Sequence record: NZ_CP021967.1
Length of the DNA: 29,769 nucleotides
DNA from: a plasmid
Strand: one strand, 5' to 3'
A model generated the notes under the pieces. That model searched no databases. It worked only from the letters and a program-made list of their open reading frames with translations, and was not told the origin of the DNA. Below, one piece after another: positions 16,544 to 25,790 of this stretch; positions within the stretch are counted from its first letter, which is position 1; the number at the start of each line of letters is the position of its first letter. The position numbers and the translations under genes were made by a program.

Positions 16544-16584
16544 TGCTCAGAAGTCAATAAATTGGACTATTTTTATTCAGTTAC

Positions 16585-17426
16585 TTAGGCAACATTTGAG
16601 ATACGATTGCGATTATAAAAATTGATATACCAACCAATGGCTGCTTGGACTTGCGTTAATGTTTCGTATGCCTTCAAATACACCTCTTCACGTTTCAATA
16701 TTGAATGAAATGCTTCCATACGGCCATTATCGTATGGATGTCCTTTGAGTGAATATGAATGTTTCAAGCCATAATTTTGACATTTAATATTAAATTCAGC
16801 ACTCGTGTATGTGACCCCATATCTGAATGAATAATTAATGGCCTTCGATGCTTATCTAAAGCCATCTGTAAGGCACTTGTGGCTAGCTCGGCTGTCATTG
16901 TATCGCCAATTTTATAGCCCAATACTTTTCTCTTCTCAGGATCCAAAACGGTCGCTAAATAGACCCATCTGTGATTAGTCAACTGAATATAAGTGATATC
17001 TGTTTGCCAAACACCGCTCAAATCATGCAAGTGTCTAATCAAATTGGGCTTTTGATCAACAGTCACCACAGTTTTTGGCTTGCGATAACGTTTTTGCATG
17101 CGGGATTTAATCCCTAATTCACGCATCAATTTGAGTGTCATATACCCAGATACTTTCGGACCGTCGGTTTGTTGACTATAAGCAGCAATACGGCGATAAC
17201 CATAAAATTTAAAGGTTTTCCAAACGTCTAAAATATAAGGTTTTAGAGATTCTCTACGCTTTTCTTGTCGACTGGGCTGCCAATGGCGCCAGTTGTAATA
17301 GGTACTAGGTTTGATTTTAAGTGCACTTAAAATACGCACAAGCGCGTAGCCTTGTGCTAAAAATTGGTTAACGAGCGGCAATCCCACATTACGGACTATT
17401 TTTTGGCTAGTAAGATGGCCGCTCAA
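16585..17426 (-). pseudogene. IS type-A orfB with the same frameshift.
   Basis: Identical to 14647..15488. Confidence 0.8.
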
Positions 17427-17432
17427 TGCCTG

Positions 17433-17675
17433 TCAGGCTATGTGTGATAAAATTTCGTTTTCTTCCTCCAAAATAGCGAGGCGCTTCTCTAGTTGCTTGA
17501 CGTCTTTTAAAGTCTTTGACTGACCCTTGATCATGATTGGGGTAGCTTGTTTAAGCCAAATAGCAATAGAATCTTTCGACGGACCAAATTCTTCTGCTAA
17601 TGATTTAAGTGAACGGCCTTCTTGGTGAAGTTTAACCAATGAATCTTTGAAATCTTGTGAATAACGAATTGACAT
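17433..17675 (-). CDS. IS type-A orfA.
   Basis: Identical to 15495..15737. Confidence 0.85.
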   Translation of the reverse strand: MSIRYSQDFKDSLVKLHQEGRSLKSLAEEFGPSKDSIAIWLKQATPIMIKGQSKTLKDVKQLEKRLAILEEENEILSHIA

Positions 17676-17742
17676 AAAAATACTCCTATACTTTCATTTT
17701 ACGGACTGAATAAAAATAGTCCATTTTTTTAGTATAAGAGCA

Positions 17743-17954
17743 GTGGTATCTGGCCATTACTATCCGTGATATTACTACCCGACAATCTGAAAGTTATAGG
17801 AACAATTTTGGCAACGCTTTGGGCACTTTTTTTAACTGGTTGGCTAAGCGCTTGGGCGGGACGAGCACCAATAATTCCAGCTATTTTGCGCAACATATTC
17901 ACAGGAGTGCTCACAATGGCCTTCACTTATTGGCTTGGAACCCTATTTAAGTAG
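17743..17954 (+). pseudogene. 3' fragment of a membrane-protein gene (...LATLWALFLTGWLSAWAGRAPIIPAILRNIFTGVLTMAFTYWLGTLFK) truncated by the IS insertion.
   Basis: The reading frame is open from the IS terminus. It is hydrophobic, with no start codon or RBS context. Confidence 0.4.
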
Positions 17955-18034
17955 CAAAATGAAATTTTATAACGCATAACCTGACAGAAACCAATCAGCC
18001 ATCTGCTAATATAGCAACTTTTATAATTGTAATA

Positions 18035-18997
18035 TCAAATCTTTTTGAACAGTGGTTTCATGATTATCGGAGCTACTATTGTTGAAACGATGACAGCAAC
18101 AATAAACTCCGCTGAAGTATAATCATCAATAATATGTGATGATATACCTATTTGAATAATCACAAGGGCCATCTCACCTCTAGAAATCATGCCTGCCCCA
18201 ATTGCACTTGAAACTCTGGTATCTAGACCAGAAATTTTTGCTCCCCATAACGAGCCAACAAATTTTGTGACAATAGCTAAAATACTAAAAATTATAATAG
18301 CTGTTATCTTATCTCCCAGTCCCTGGATTACGATTTCAAGACCGATGGACCCGAAAAATACAGGGTAAAAGAAAGAATTACCCATTTTCGTACTGATAAC
18401 ACCAATTTTATCAGAAAAATTATACTTCCTGAGTAGTATACCTAACGCAAAAGCGAGTAATGGTAAAATACTGTTTATCCCCAGTGCACCTCCACCTACT
18501 AAAACAGAAAATAAAGTCACCGCAAACAAAGCAATTATGTCATCTATTACAGCCGCCGAAAGTATGATTGCTCCTATTGCAGTGGCTAATTTTTTTTGTT
18601 CCGATAGTACAGCTAACGTTATAGAGATTGAAGTTGCAGAGAACACAACACCGGCAAATATGGAAGTCTGTATATTATATCCAAGCAATAAAAATGCAAT
18701 CGGGAAAGTAATTAAGGGTAGTAGTACCCCCATAACTGCAATGAGTGACGATGCTTTAATGTATCTTTTCATTTCCTTTAAATCCGACTCTAGTCCCGAA
18801 TTTAACATCAGTAAAAAAATACCTATCTCAGCTATCAAGTGGATTAAATTACTTGACTGTACTATATTAAATATGCTGGATCCTAAAATGATACCTGAAA
18901 ATAGTTGCCCAACAACTTCAGAAAAACCAAACCAGGTGCCTACCTTTCCCAGAAAAATAGTAACTATGACTAAGAACATGATTAATAGATATTCCAT
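18035..18997 (-). CDS. Cation:proton antiporter (Na_H_Exchanger fold, CPA1/CPA2-like), short 320-aa membrane-only form.
   Basis: ~10 predicted TM helices. Conserved SATSISITLAVL and IDD motifs typical of NapA/KefB-type exchangers. Confidence 0.65.
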   Translation of the reverse strand: MEYLLIMFLVIVTIFLGKVGTWFGFSEVVGQLFSGIILGSSIFNIVQSSNLIHLIAEIGIFLLMLNSGLESDLKEMKRYIKASSLIAVMGVLLPLITFPIAFLLLGYNIQTSIFAGVVFSATSISITLAVLSEQKKLATAIGAIILSAAVIDDIIALFAVTLFSVLVGGGALGINSILPLLAFALGILLRKYNFSDKIGVISTKMGNSFFYPVFFGSIGLEIVIQGLGDKITAIIIFSILAIVTKFVGSLWGAKISGLDTRVSSAIGAGMISRGEMALVIIQIGISSHIIDDYTSAEFIVAVIVSTIVAPIIMKPLFKKI

Positions 18998-19563
18998 TAT
19001 TTCTCCTAATATTTAAAAAGCTCCAAAAAATGCTAGTTCCCCGACTAACAATTCTTGAAGCTTGCGCCCAACCGTTTAAATTAAATTAAGTTAAATATAC
19101 CATAGTTTTATTATTCAAATCAAATTTCGCTATATATTATTGTCCTGATCCTACGATATAATTTTTAAAAAGACATTTTCTGTCTCTAATTAAAAAAATA
19201 TGATTTTTTATTAGCAAAAAAGGAATATATAGAAATTGTTTAAACAAAGAACTTACACCAAAAAAAGCTGATGGTTAGTACAAAACTAATTTTTATATCA
19301 TCATACTCCATCTCTTCTTAGGCAAATTTTTATTTTGATACAATTATGTTGAATATAATTTCACTATTACGATGTGCTCACTCAATCAAAACACTCTAAA
19401 TTACGATAAAGTGATGTTATCTCAATTGAATTTGAAACTAAAGCTGGTTCCAATTATTTGTAAAAAAGAATCTCCTGGTAATTATTTCTGTAATTGTAAT
19501 TTAATTGATAACGAATTTATCTTTTCGACGCAAAAACTCTAAAATCGTGTTTTTGAAATTTAT

Positions 19564-21096
19564 TTAGTTGTTAAGTGATAGTTGATTTCTAGTAATTTTT
19601 GCATCTTTTTGGTTCATTCTAATATAAATAATATCACCAGCACGTAATACTAAGTCTCCTTTGGGAATCAGTACATTTTCAGATCTTCTGACCAGTGTAA
19701 TCAAACTATTTGATTCCAGTTGTAAGTCTCTTATTTGTTGATCTTCTAGCATACCACCAGCAAGAACAGTGACTTCCATAGTTATCATGGAGGACATCGC
19801 TAGATGCGCTGGTTTTCTTTTCAACAAACGTTCTAATAAAGATTCATATATTGGTGCACCATTTAATAGATCAACTACTAAGTAGGCTACTAAACTTACA
19901 AGTGCTAAAGGTAAAATGTGGGTCACACTCCCAACCATCTCAAAGATAAGAATAATTGCAGTAAATGGTGCTTTACCAATACATGCGAAATAACCTGCCA
20001 TACCGATCACAATAAAGTTTAAAGCATAATTTGCACTCATGAGATGTAAATAGACAAATATATGAGCCATCAATGCGCCACTTAGTGCACCTAGAGTCAA
20101 AATAGGTAAAAATATTCCCCCTGGCAGACCGGAACCGTAACTAATCATTGAGAAAACAAATCGAACTAACAAAATTACGATGATCATTTTCATTGTCATA
20201 GGTGCTTCTTTCAGTGATAAAATTAAATTATTTCCCCCACCTAAAAGATTTGGCCATAAAATTCCAATCGGTATCACCAAGATAAACGGCACGATACCGT
20301 ATAAATATTTAGGAACCCTAATTTTACTGTAACAATTTAAGCTGAATAGTAAAAATTTTTGATATAAAAAGCCAAATAAGCCTAATATAATACCAAATAC
20401 CAACAATAAACCATATAACTGTACCGGGAAAACGCTTAAGTGTCCAATAGATAAAACTGGTGTTTGGCCAAACAAAACCGTAGAGACAAAATCCGAAACG
20501 CTTGCGCCTGTCAATGCACCAACCCAGACAAAGGGAGAAATACTGTGATAGACTTCCTCCAATACAAACATAACGCCGGCTAAAGGTGCATTAAATGCAG
20601 CTGATAAACCTGCAGCGGCACCACTGGCTATAAGCCCTTTCGATTGATTATGACTAAGACGTTTATATGATGCCACACCCTGACCAATTGATGCACCCAG
20701 TTGAATTGAAGGACCTTCCCGCCCCAGCATTAAACCACTACCAATAGCCAAAATTCCTGATATAAATTTCCGCCACAATGTCGACCACCAGTTTATTTTT
20801 AGTTCACCCAATAATAGACCTTCAACCTGTGGAATGCCGGAACCGGATATATTAGGTTCTTTGTTTAACATCCATGAAACAATTAAAAAACAAATTAAAT
20901 TAGCAGTTATCACTAAAAATATTAACGCTATATTGCCATGTGAAATATCGAGATACAGCGTTTGCACAAATTGAAGCAATTTTTCAATTGTCCAGCGGAA
21001 GACACTAACAACTATTCCTGTTAAAAAACCTATAAGTGTGCCATATAATACTACTGACAGCTTTGATGTATTGAGTCTAATTCTTTTTTTAAACAT
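19564..21096 (-). CDS. ClC-family H+/Cl- exchanger/channel with a C-terminal TrkA-C (RCK_C-like) domain.
   Basis: Canonical selectivity motifs GSGIP (SGSGIPQVEG), GREGP and GGIFLP, i.e. the chloride type rather than the CLC-F variants. The C-terminal ~80 aa (LIPKGDLVLRAGDIIYI) is TrkA-C-like. Confidence 0.85.
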   Translation of the reverse strand: MFKKRIRLNTSKLSVVLYGTLIGFLTGIVVSVFRWTIEKLLQFVQTLYLDISHGNIALIFLVITANLICFLIVSWMLNKEPNISGSGIPQVEGLLLGELKINWWSTLWRKFISGILAIGSGLMLGREGPSIQLGASIGQGVASYKRLSHNQSKGLIASGAAAGLSAAFNAPLAGVMFVLEEVYHSISPFVWVGALTGASVSDFVSTVLFGQTPVLSIGHLSVFPVQLYGLLLVFGIILGLFGFLYQKFLLFSLNCYSKIRVPKYLYGIVPFILVIPIGILWPNLLGGGNNLILSLKEAPMTMKMIIVILLVRFVFSMISYGSGLPGGIFLPILTLGALSGALMAHIFVYLHLMSANYALNFIVIGMAGYFACIGKAPFTAIILIFEMVGSVTHILPLALVSLVAYLVVDLLNGAPIYESLLERLLKRKPAHLAMSSMITMEVTVLAGGMLEDQQIRDLQLESNSLITLVRRSENVLIPKGDLVLRAGDIIYIRMNQKDAKITRNQLSLNN

Positions 21097-21270
21097 AAAA
21101 TCAGTTTACAACAAAAAGGGGGTTGATTCCAAATACAGAAAAATTTAACGATTTTCTTTATATATTCTCATTCTTTGATTAAAACAGAATCAAGCGAATT
21201 CGTTTTGTGTATGTATTAACAAAACATCAAAGACATTTAAAACTGCGTGTTTCACATTCAAAGTATTTCG

Positions 21271-21618
21271 TTAAACGTGTATGTGTATAGCTACAATAAA
21301 TAAAAAAATTCCTAAGACTAATGTCAATACAAAATATACCATACTCCGTTTAAAACTATTAAACTGCTCTCCCTGTGTCATCATGGTGCTGAATGTCGTC
21401 AAGCCGCCAATAAAACCCGTTCCAATAATAATATGCCAGACGTTGCTGTTCATATTAACTGATAATACACCCATCAAAAAAGCACCAATAATATTAACAT
21501 AAAAAACACCTGTGAAAAAATTTGTAATCCTTGGCATAAAACTTATAACTAGATATCGAATAACAGCACCTAGCCCAGCAGCTAAACAGAAATACAAATA
21601 AAAGTTAAAAAAATTCAC
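21271..21618 (-). CDS. crcB: Fluoride channel Fluc/CrcB subunit (second of a heterodimeric pair).
   Basis: GTGFIGGLTTFSTMM signature. 115 aa with 4 TM helices. Overlaps the upstream partner by 4 nt. Confidence 0.85.
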   Translation of the reverse strand: MNFFNFYLYFCLAAGLGAVIRYLVISFMPRITNFFTGVFYVNIIGAFLMGVLSVNMNSNVWHIIIGTGFIGGLTTFSTMMTQGEQFNSFKRSMVYFVLTLVLGIFLFIVAIHIHV

Positions 21619-22016
21619 TGATTTAATCTCCGATTTTTTCCTACATTTTTCCCAAAAACAACTGCAATGTAAGCCAGTATAAAACTAATTAATGTATAAA
21701 TAATACTAATTAAAAAATTTTCTCTACCTAATTGATTAATTTGAAGTATAAATGTGCTGAATGTTGTAAAGCCACCCATGATACCCGTCCCTATAAAATT
21801 TTTTAAAATTAAAGAATAGTCATAGCTGTCAGAAATGACTGCTCCGATATAAGCAAGGAAGAATGATCCTAAAACATTGATGACTACTATAACCCAAGGA
21901 CTACTCCCAATATGTGGAATTTCGGTAATTAGTAGCCTGAACAAGCTACCTAATGACCCACCAAAAAATACTACAAGACAACTAGTCAGCAGGGTACTAT
22001 CTTTTAAATATTTCAT
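21615..22016 (-). CDS. crcB: Fluoride channel Fluc/CrcB subunit (first of the pair).
   Basis: GTGIMGGFTTFSTFI signature. RBS AGGAGAAAAC. Confidence 0.85.
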   Translation of the reverse strand: MKYLKDSTLLTSCLVVFFGGSLGSLFRLLITEIPHIGSSPWVIVVINVLGSFFLAYIGAVISDSYDYSLILKNFIGTGIMGGFTTFSTFILQINQLGRENFLISIIYTLISFILAYIAVVFGKNVGKNRRLNQ

Positions 22017-22300
22017 GTTTTCTCCTAAACAATACTTGTTAACACTTTAAAAAGTATAAAAATCAAATATTTATATTTTATAGTGTCCCTTCAAAAGTAA
22101 AAATTACAGATGTGGAAAATAATTTACTGATATCATCATGTATCTAAAATGCACGTTATACCAACCTAAATTGGGATACTACATGAAAATAGAAAAGAGA
22201 TAATTATGATCAGTTCAGTACAATTTGAAAACACAAAATGTTATTCAAACCTATCAAACAAAGACTGCATTGCAAGTAAGGAATTCGTTTTTTTAAAAAA

Positions 22301-22567
22301 ATGATTCTTGCGGAAAATGGCTACAAAATAGATAACATTGAAAATAACTTAGCACCAAAAATTGTAAATATAACGCTTTCTGATGACAATACCGCCCTTA
22401 AGCAACGTATATACGTTGAGTCAACAATATCAAATAAGATTCCGAATTTCGTATACTTAATATATCAAGAACGCCATACACCCGATGAAGTATCGCTTAG
22501 TACGACCATTTCATTACTAACCCCATTTAGTATTAATGGATTATTAAACAACACACCTGAAAATTAG
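22301..22567 (+). CDS. Hypothetical protein, 88 aa. Weak call.
   Basis: ORF only. No convincing RBS and no recognisable motif. Confidence 0.25.
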   Translation: MILAENGYKIDNIENNLAPKIVNITLSDDNTALKQRIYVESTISNKIPNFVYLIYQERHTPDEVSLSTTISLLTPFSINGLLNNTPEN

Positions 22568-22637
22568 TTTAAAAATGCTAAATAAAAACAAGCAAAATGA
22601 TCTATGAAATAGAAATAATTGGCAAAAACAGTGAAAG

Positions 22638-22646
22638 TGGTATAAT
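22638..22646 (+). promoter_or_regulatory. Extended -10 promoter (TGGTATAAT) for the module-c sRNA.
   Basis: TGnTATAAT. A terminator lies ~140 nt downstream. Confidence 0.4.
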
Positions 22647-22652
22647 ATAAAT

Positions 22653-22793
22653 ATAAACAAAAAGACCCATGTTAGGTACATGACCTTTTAAGTCACAAGC
22701 GTGCTTCAGCGTTGGTAGTTGTTATTTTGTTAATAAACTAAAATAGTCATTTCACGAAAACCCCTAGAACCGGCCAAAGTTAAGGGGTTTTTG
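22653..22793 (+). ncRNA. Candidate ~140-nt sRNA (module c), ending at a bidirectional terminator (22760..22793: AAAACCCCT...AGGGGTTTTT).
   Basis: Same architecture as module a. The terminator arm AAGTTAAGGGG recurs in the convergent peptide's 5' UTR. Confidence 0.3.
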
Positions 22794-22798
22794 TTTAC

Positions 22799-22900
22799 CT
22801 ATTTTTTAGACTTGTTAATTTCTTTTAGTAGTTCGACTACTTTCGTAGCTAAAACAACCAGAAATGTGATCAACACAATTACCGCGGTCTAACAGACCAT
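22799..22900 (-). pseudogene. Module-c peptide gene paralogous to 1340..1444 (MVC*TAVIVLITFLVVLATKVVELLKEINKSKK), with an in-frame TAG at codon 4. An internal GTG at 22876 could still give a 25-aa product.
   Basis: The C-terminal half resembles LLALVVELIKNQQKK of module a. The 5' UTR (AAGTTAAGGGCTGGTGG...GGGGGTG) is homologous to the module-a UTR (AAGTTAAGGCGGTGGCT...GGGGGGTGG). A minus-strand TGATATAAT -10 lies at 23000..22995. Confidence 0.35.
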
Positions 22901-23039
22901 TTGGTGTTATCCTTTCAGGTAGCCTTGAGTTTCAACAATAAGCGTCACCCCCAACTATCAGATTCCACCAGCCCTTAACTTGCTTGCAAATAAAATTATA
23001 TCATAACCTAATCTTCACAAAAAAATATGACAGCTTTAC

Positions 23040-23140
23040 AGTTATTAGTGCAATAAACTTTTTGAGTAGTTTGCACTTTTTCAAAGTCATGCTATACTTG
23101 GCTTTATATACTGCAACTTAGTTATGCAATTTTAAAGAGG
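23040..23140 (+). promoter_or_regulatory. Candidate res site / promoter region upstream of the serine recombinase.
   Basis: IR AGTGCAATAAAC...GTTTGCACT, plus further TGCAA-containing half-sites (ACTGCAAC, ATGCAATT). Confidence 0.35.
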
Positions 23141-23146
23141 TATAAA

Positions 23147-23710
23147 ATGACAGTTTATGGTTATGCACGGGTTTCAACAGCTGGACAATCTTTATATGAA
23201 CAAAAAGAGACTTTGAAAAATGCCGGGGCTGAAATGATTTTCAGTGAAAAATATTCAGGTACAACTACATCACGACCACAGTTTAAAAAACTTGTCAATC
23301 TAATTGAACCTAATGACACATTGATCGTCACCAAGTTAGATCGCTTTGCTCGAAATACACGTGAAGCATTAAATTTAATTGATGATCTTCTGAAACAAAA
23401 AATTGTGATTAAAGTTCTAAACTTAGGAACAATTGACAATACCCCAATGGGTCGCATGATTGTAAGAACATTACTTTCGGTTGCGGAAATGGAACGCGAC
23501 ATGATTATCGAACGTACGCAGGCTGGTAAGATATTTGCAAGGCAACACAATCCCAACTATAAAGAAGGTAGACCCAAAAGAAAAAAAGATAGCCGAAACA
23601 CAGCTATCTTTGAGTATTCTCAAACGCACACAATAAAATCTACAGCAGAAGCTTTCAATATTTCTGTTAGAACAGTACAATACATTAAAAAATTGTTTAT
23701 TCAAGATTAA
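23147..23710 (+). CDS. Serine recombinase (resolvase/invertase family), 187 aa.
   Basis: N-terminal YARVSTAGQS with the catalytic Ser, the conserved R..R and E acidic residues, and a C-terminal HTH. Confidence 0.9.
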   Translation: MTVYGYARVSTAGQSLYEQKETLKNAGAEMIFSEKYSGTTTSRPQFKKLVNLIEPNDTLIVTKLDRFARNTREALNLIDDLLKQKIVIKVLNLGTIDNTPMGRMIVRTLLSVAEMERDMIIERTQAGKIFARQHNPNYKEGRPKRKKDSRNTAIFEYSQTHTIKSTAEAFNISVRTVQYIKKLFIQD

Positions 23711-23851
23711 TTATATTAAATTAATGGCAGATGACAAAAATATACGTCTTCCAATTGATATGCATATATGATATCAGTTCAGTAACATGGACAAACGCTT
23801 ATACCAGACTCACACTTTATTATAATCAACCAATTTTACCTAGATTTACAA

Positions 23852-23901
23852 TGCTCGTATACTGAAAATCAGGACTGCTTTATTTCTAGGGCATAATCCG
23901 A
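23852..23901 (+). mobile_element. 50-bp remnant of the IS type-B left end, in inverted orientation.
   Basis: TGCTCGTATACTGAAAATCAGGACTGCTTTATTTCTAGGGCATAATCCGA matches 5472..5423 reverse-complemented. The rest was replaced by the degenerate type-A insertion. Confidence 0.8.
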
Positions 23902-23918
23902 TGCTAATATACTAAAAA

Positions 23919-24173
23919 ATGGACTATTTTTATTCAGTCCGTTATTCACAAGATGTCAAAGATTTCTTGGTTAAACTTCACCAAGAAGGCCGTTCACTTA
24001 AATCACTAGCAGAAGGATTCGGACCGTCGAACGATTCTATGGATATTTGGGTTAAACAAGCTACTCCAATCTTGATCAAGGGTCAGTCAAAGACTTTAAA
24101 ATACGTCAAGGAACTAGAGAAGCGCCTCACTATTTTGGAGGAAGAAAACGAAATTTTATCACGCATAGCCTGA
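23919..24173 (+). pseudogene. orfA of the degenerate IS. The native start and RBS are deleted, so the ORF reads in from the IR.
   Basis: ...RYSQDVKDFLVKLHQEGRS... The same in-frame TGA then orfB arrangement (SRIA*QAASGYLTSQK) as in the intact copies. Confidence 0.6.
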
Positions 24174-24191
24174 CAGGCAGCGAGCGGATAT

Positions 24192-25024
24192 TTGACTAGT
24201 CAAAAAATAGTTCGTAATGTGGGATTGCCGCTAGTTAATCAATTTTTAGCACAAGGCTACGCGCTTGTGCGTATTTTAAGTCCACTTAAAATCAGACCCA
24301 GTACCTATTACAACTGGCACCATTGGCAGTTCAGTCGACAAGAAAAGCGTAGAGAATGCCTAAAACCTTATATCTTGGACGTTTGGAAAACCTTTAAATT
24401 TTATGGCTATCGTCGTATTGCTACTTATAGTCAACTAACCAATGACTGCCCGAAAATATCTGAGTATATGACACTCAAATTGATGCTTGAATTAAGGATT
24501 AGATCAAGCATGCAAAACGTTATCGCAAACACAAAACCGTTGTGACGGTTTCTCAAAAAACTAATCTGATTAGGCACTAGCATGATTTGAGCGGTGTTTG
24601 GCAAACAGATATCACTTATATTCAGTTGACTAATCACAGATGGGCCTATTTAGCAACCGTTTTGGATCCTGAGAAGAGAAAAGTATTAGGCTATAAAATT
24701 GGCAATACAAGGACAGCCGAACTAGCTACAAGTGCCTTACAGATGGCGTTAGATAATCATCAAAAGCCACTCATTATTCATTCAGATATGGGGTCACAAT
24801 ACACGAGTGCTGAATTTAATACCAAGGGTCAAAATTATGGCTTGAAACATTCATATTCACTCAAAGGACATCCGTACGATAATGGCCGTACGGAAGCGTT
24901 TCATTCAATATTGAAGCGTGAAGAAGTTTATTTGAAGGCATACCAAACATTAACTGAGGTCCAAGCAGCCATTGGTTGGTATATCAATTTTTATAATCGC
25001 AATCGTATCTCAAATGTCGCCTAA
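24192..25024 (+). pseudogene. orfB of the degenerate IS, broken into 24192..24545 and 24587..25024. This copy keeps the ancestral frame at the site where the three identical copies are frameshifted.
   Basis: HSDMGSQYTSAEFNTKGQNYGLKHSYSLKGHPYDNGRTEAFHSILKREE reads continuously here. Confidence 0.75.
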
Positions 25025-25225
25025 TTAACTGAATAAAAATGGTCCAATTTATTGACTTCTAAGCAATAGACTGGGCTACTAGAAATATCTATTTGAGAGG
25101 AGCTAACACAGAATTTTAGAATAATCATAATTACCTAAATGAGATTGTTTAACATAAAGTAATTAAAAAAATAAACTCATAATGAAAAACTAACATATTC
25201 ATTATAAGTTTATTTAGCATAAATC

Positions 25226-25789
25226 CTATTTTATAAGATACCTCACCGGTCTATCCCACGTATCCTTTGAAAATTTATGGATTGATTGAGGAGGCAACAC
25301 TAGCGAAACCGTTATACCATTATACTCTGCCAACGTTGCGTCAAAGAAACCTGCACCGTAACCTATCCGATAATTATCTTCGCTAAAGGCTACACCGGGA
25401 ACCACCATTAGATCTATTCCCTTCAAATTTTGTGCTTGATTTTCATCTTGTGTTGGTTCTAGAATTCCGAATTTTGATTTACTCATTAAACTTTCTATAT
25501 AGTCAAACCATAATAATTTTCCACTACTCACCCTAGGTACTACTACTTTCTTATGGCTTCTCAATGCCTCCTGAATAATGACATCAGTACTCAATTCGTG
25601 TTCCATACTTATAGTTACAGCCACTGAATTAGAGTTATTCCAATATGCCTTAGAAAACAGAATTGCCTGTAATCGCTCTTCTTCAGTAATCTTGCTATGG
25701 TAATCATATAATTTTAGTTTATCCAAGGTCATTTTTCTTATTTCTTTTTTACTAAGCACTGCTACAAATCTCCTCCAAATTATCTTCAA
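25226..25789 (-). CDS. 5-formyltetrahydrofolate cyclo-ligase (MTHFS) family.
   Basis: IGYGAGFFD (GYGGGYYDR-type) motif and a VVPGVAF loop. The true start is probably the internal Met (MTLDKLK...). Confidence 0.7.
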   Translation of the reverse strand: MKIIWRRFVAVLSKKEIRKMTLDKLKLYDYHSKITEEERLQAILFSKAYWNNSNSVAVTISMEHELSTDVIIQEALRSHKKVVVPRVSSGKLLWFDYIESLMSKSKFGILEPTQDENQAQNLKGIDLMVVPGVAFSEDNYRIGYGAGFFDATLAEYNGITVSLVLPPQSIHKFSKDTWDRPVRYLIK

Positions 25790-25790
25790 A

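Larger units (their letters stand above)
15805..17742. repeat. Tandem duplication unit 2.
   Basis: See unit 1. The junction joins the IS left terminus (..AGTATAAGAGCA) directly to position 13867 of X. Confidence 0.9.
16544..17742 (-). mobile_element. IS3-family element type A, complete copy B.
   Basis: Identical to copy A. orfB' lies at 16585..17426 and orfA at 17433..17675. Confidence 0.9.
23902..25065 (+). mobile_element. Diverged, degenerate copy of IS type A (~85-90% identity, 1164 bp) inserted into an IS type-B remnant.
   Basis: Termini TGCTAATATACT... and ...GACTTCTAAGCA. A 35-bp deletion removes the orfA RBS and start. orfB carries multiple stops. Confidence 0.8.

Noticed and set aside
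18537-19016. 159-aa + strand ORF overlapping the cation:proton antiporter gene.
   Set aside because: It lies entirely antisense to a 10-TM transporter with clear family motifs, and it has no RBS.
21281-21502. 73-aa + strand ORF inside crcB.
   Set aside because: Antisense to a conserved crcB gene. Spurious.
21097-22300. Fluoride (crcB-motif) riboswitch upstream of eriC or crcB.
   Set aside because: On the minus strand of both leaders I could not find the conserved GGnGAUGG ... AACCGC ... UGAUGA core. Only a loose AUGAUGAUAUC at ~22130 was seen. This is not claimed, and needs a covariance-model scan to be sure.
23161-23704. Minus-strand ORFs 23161..23556 and 23471..23704 inside the serine recombinase gene.
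   Set aside because: Shadow ORFs opposite a gene with a canonical resolvase catalytic motif.
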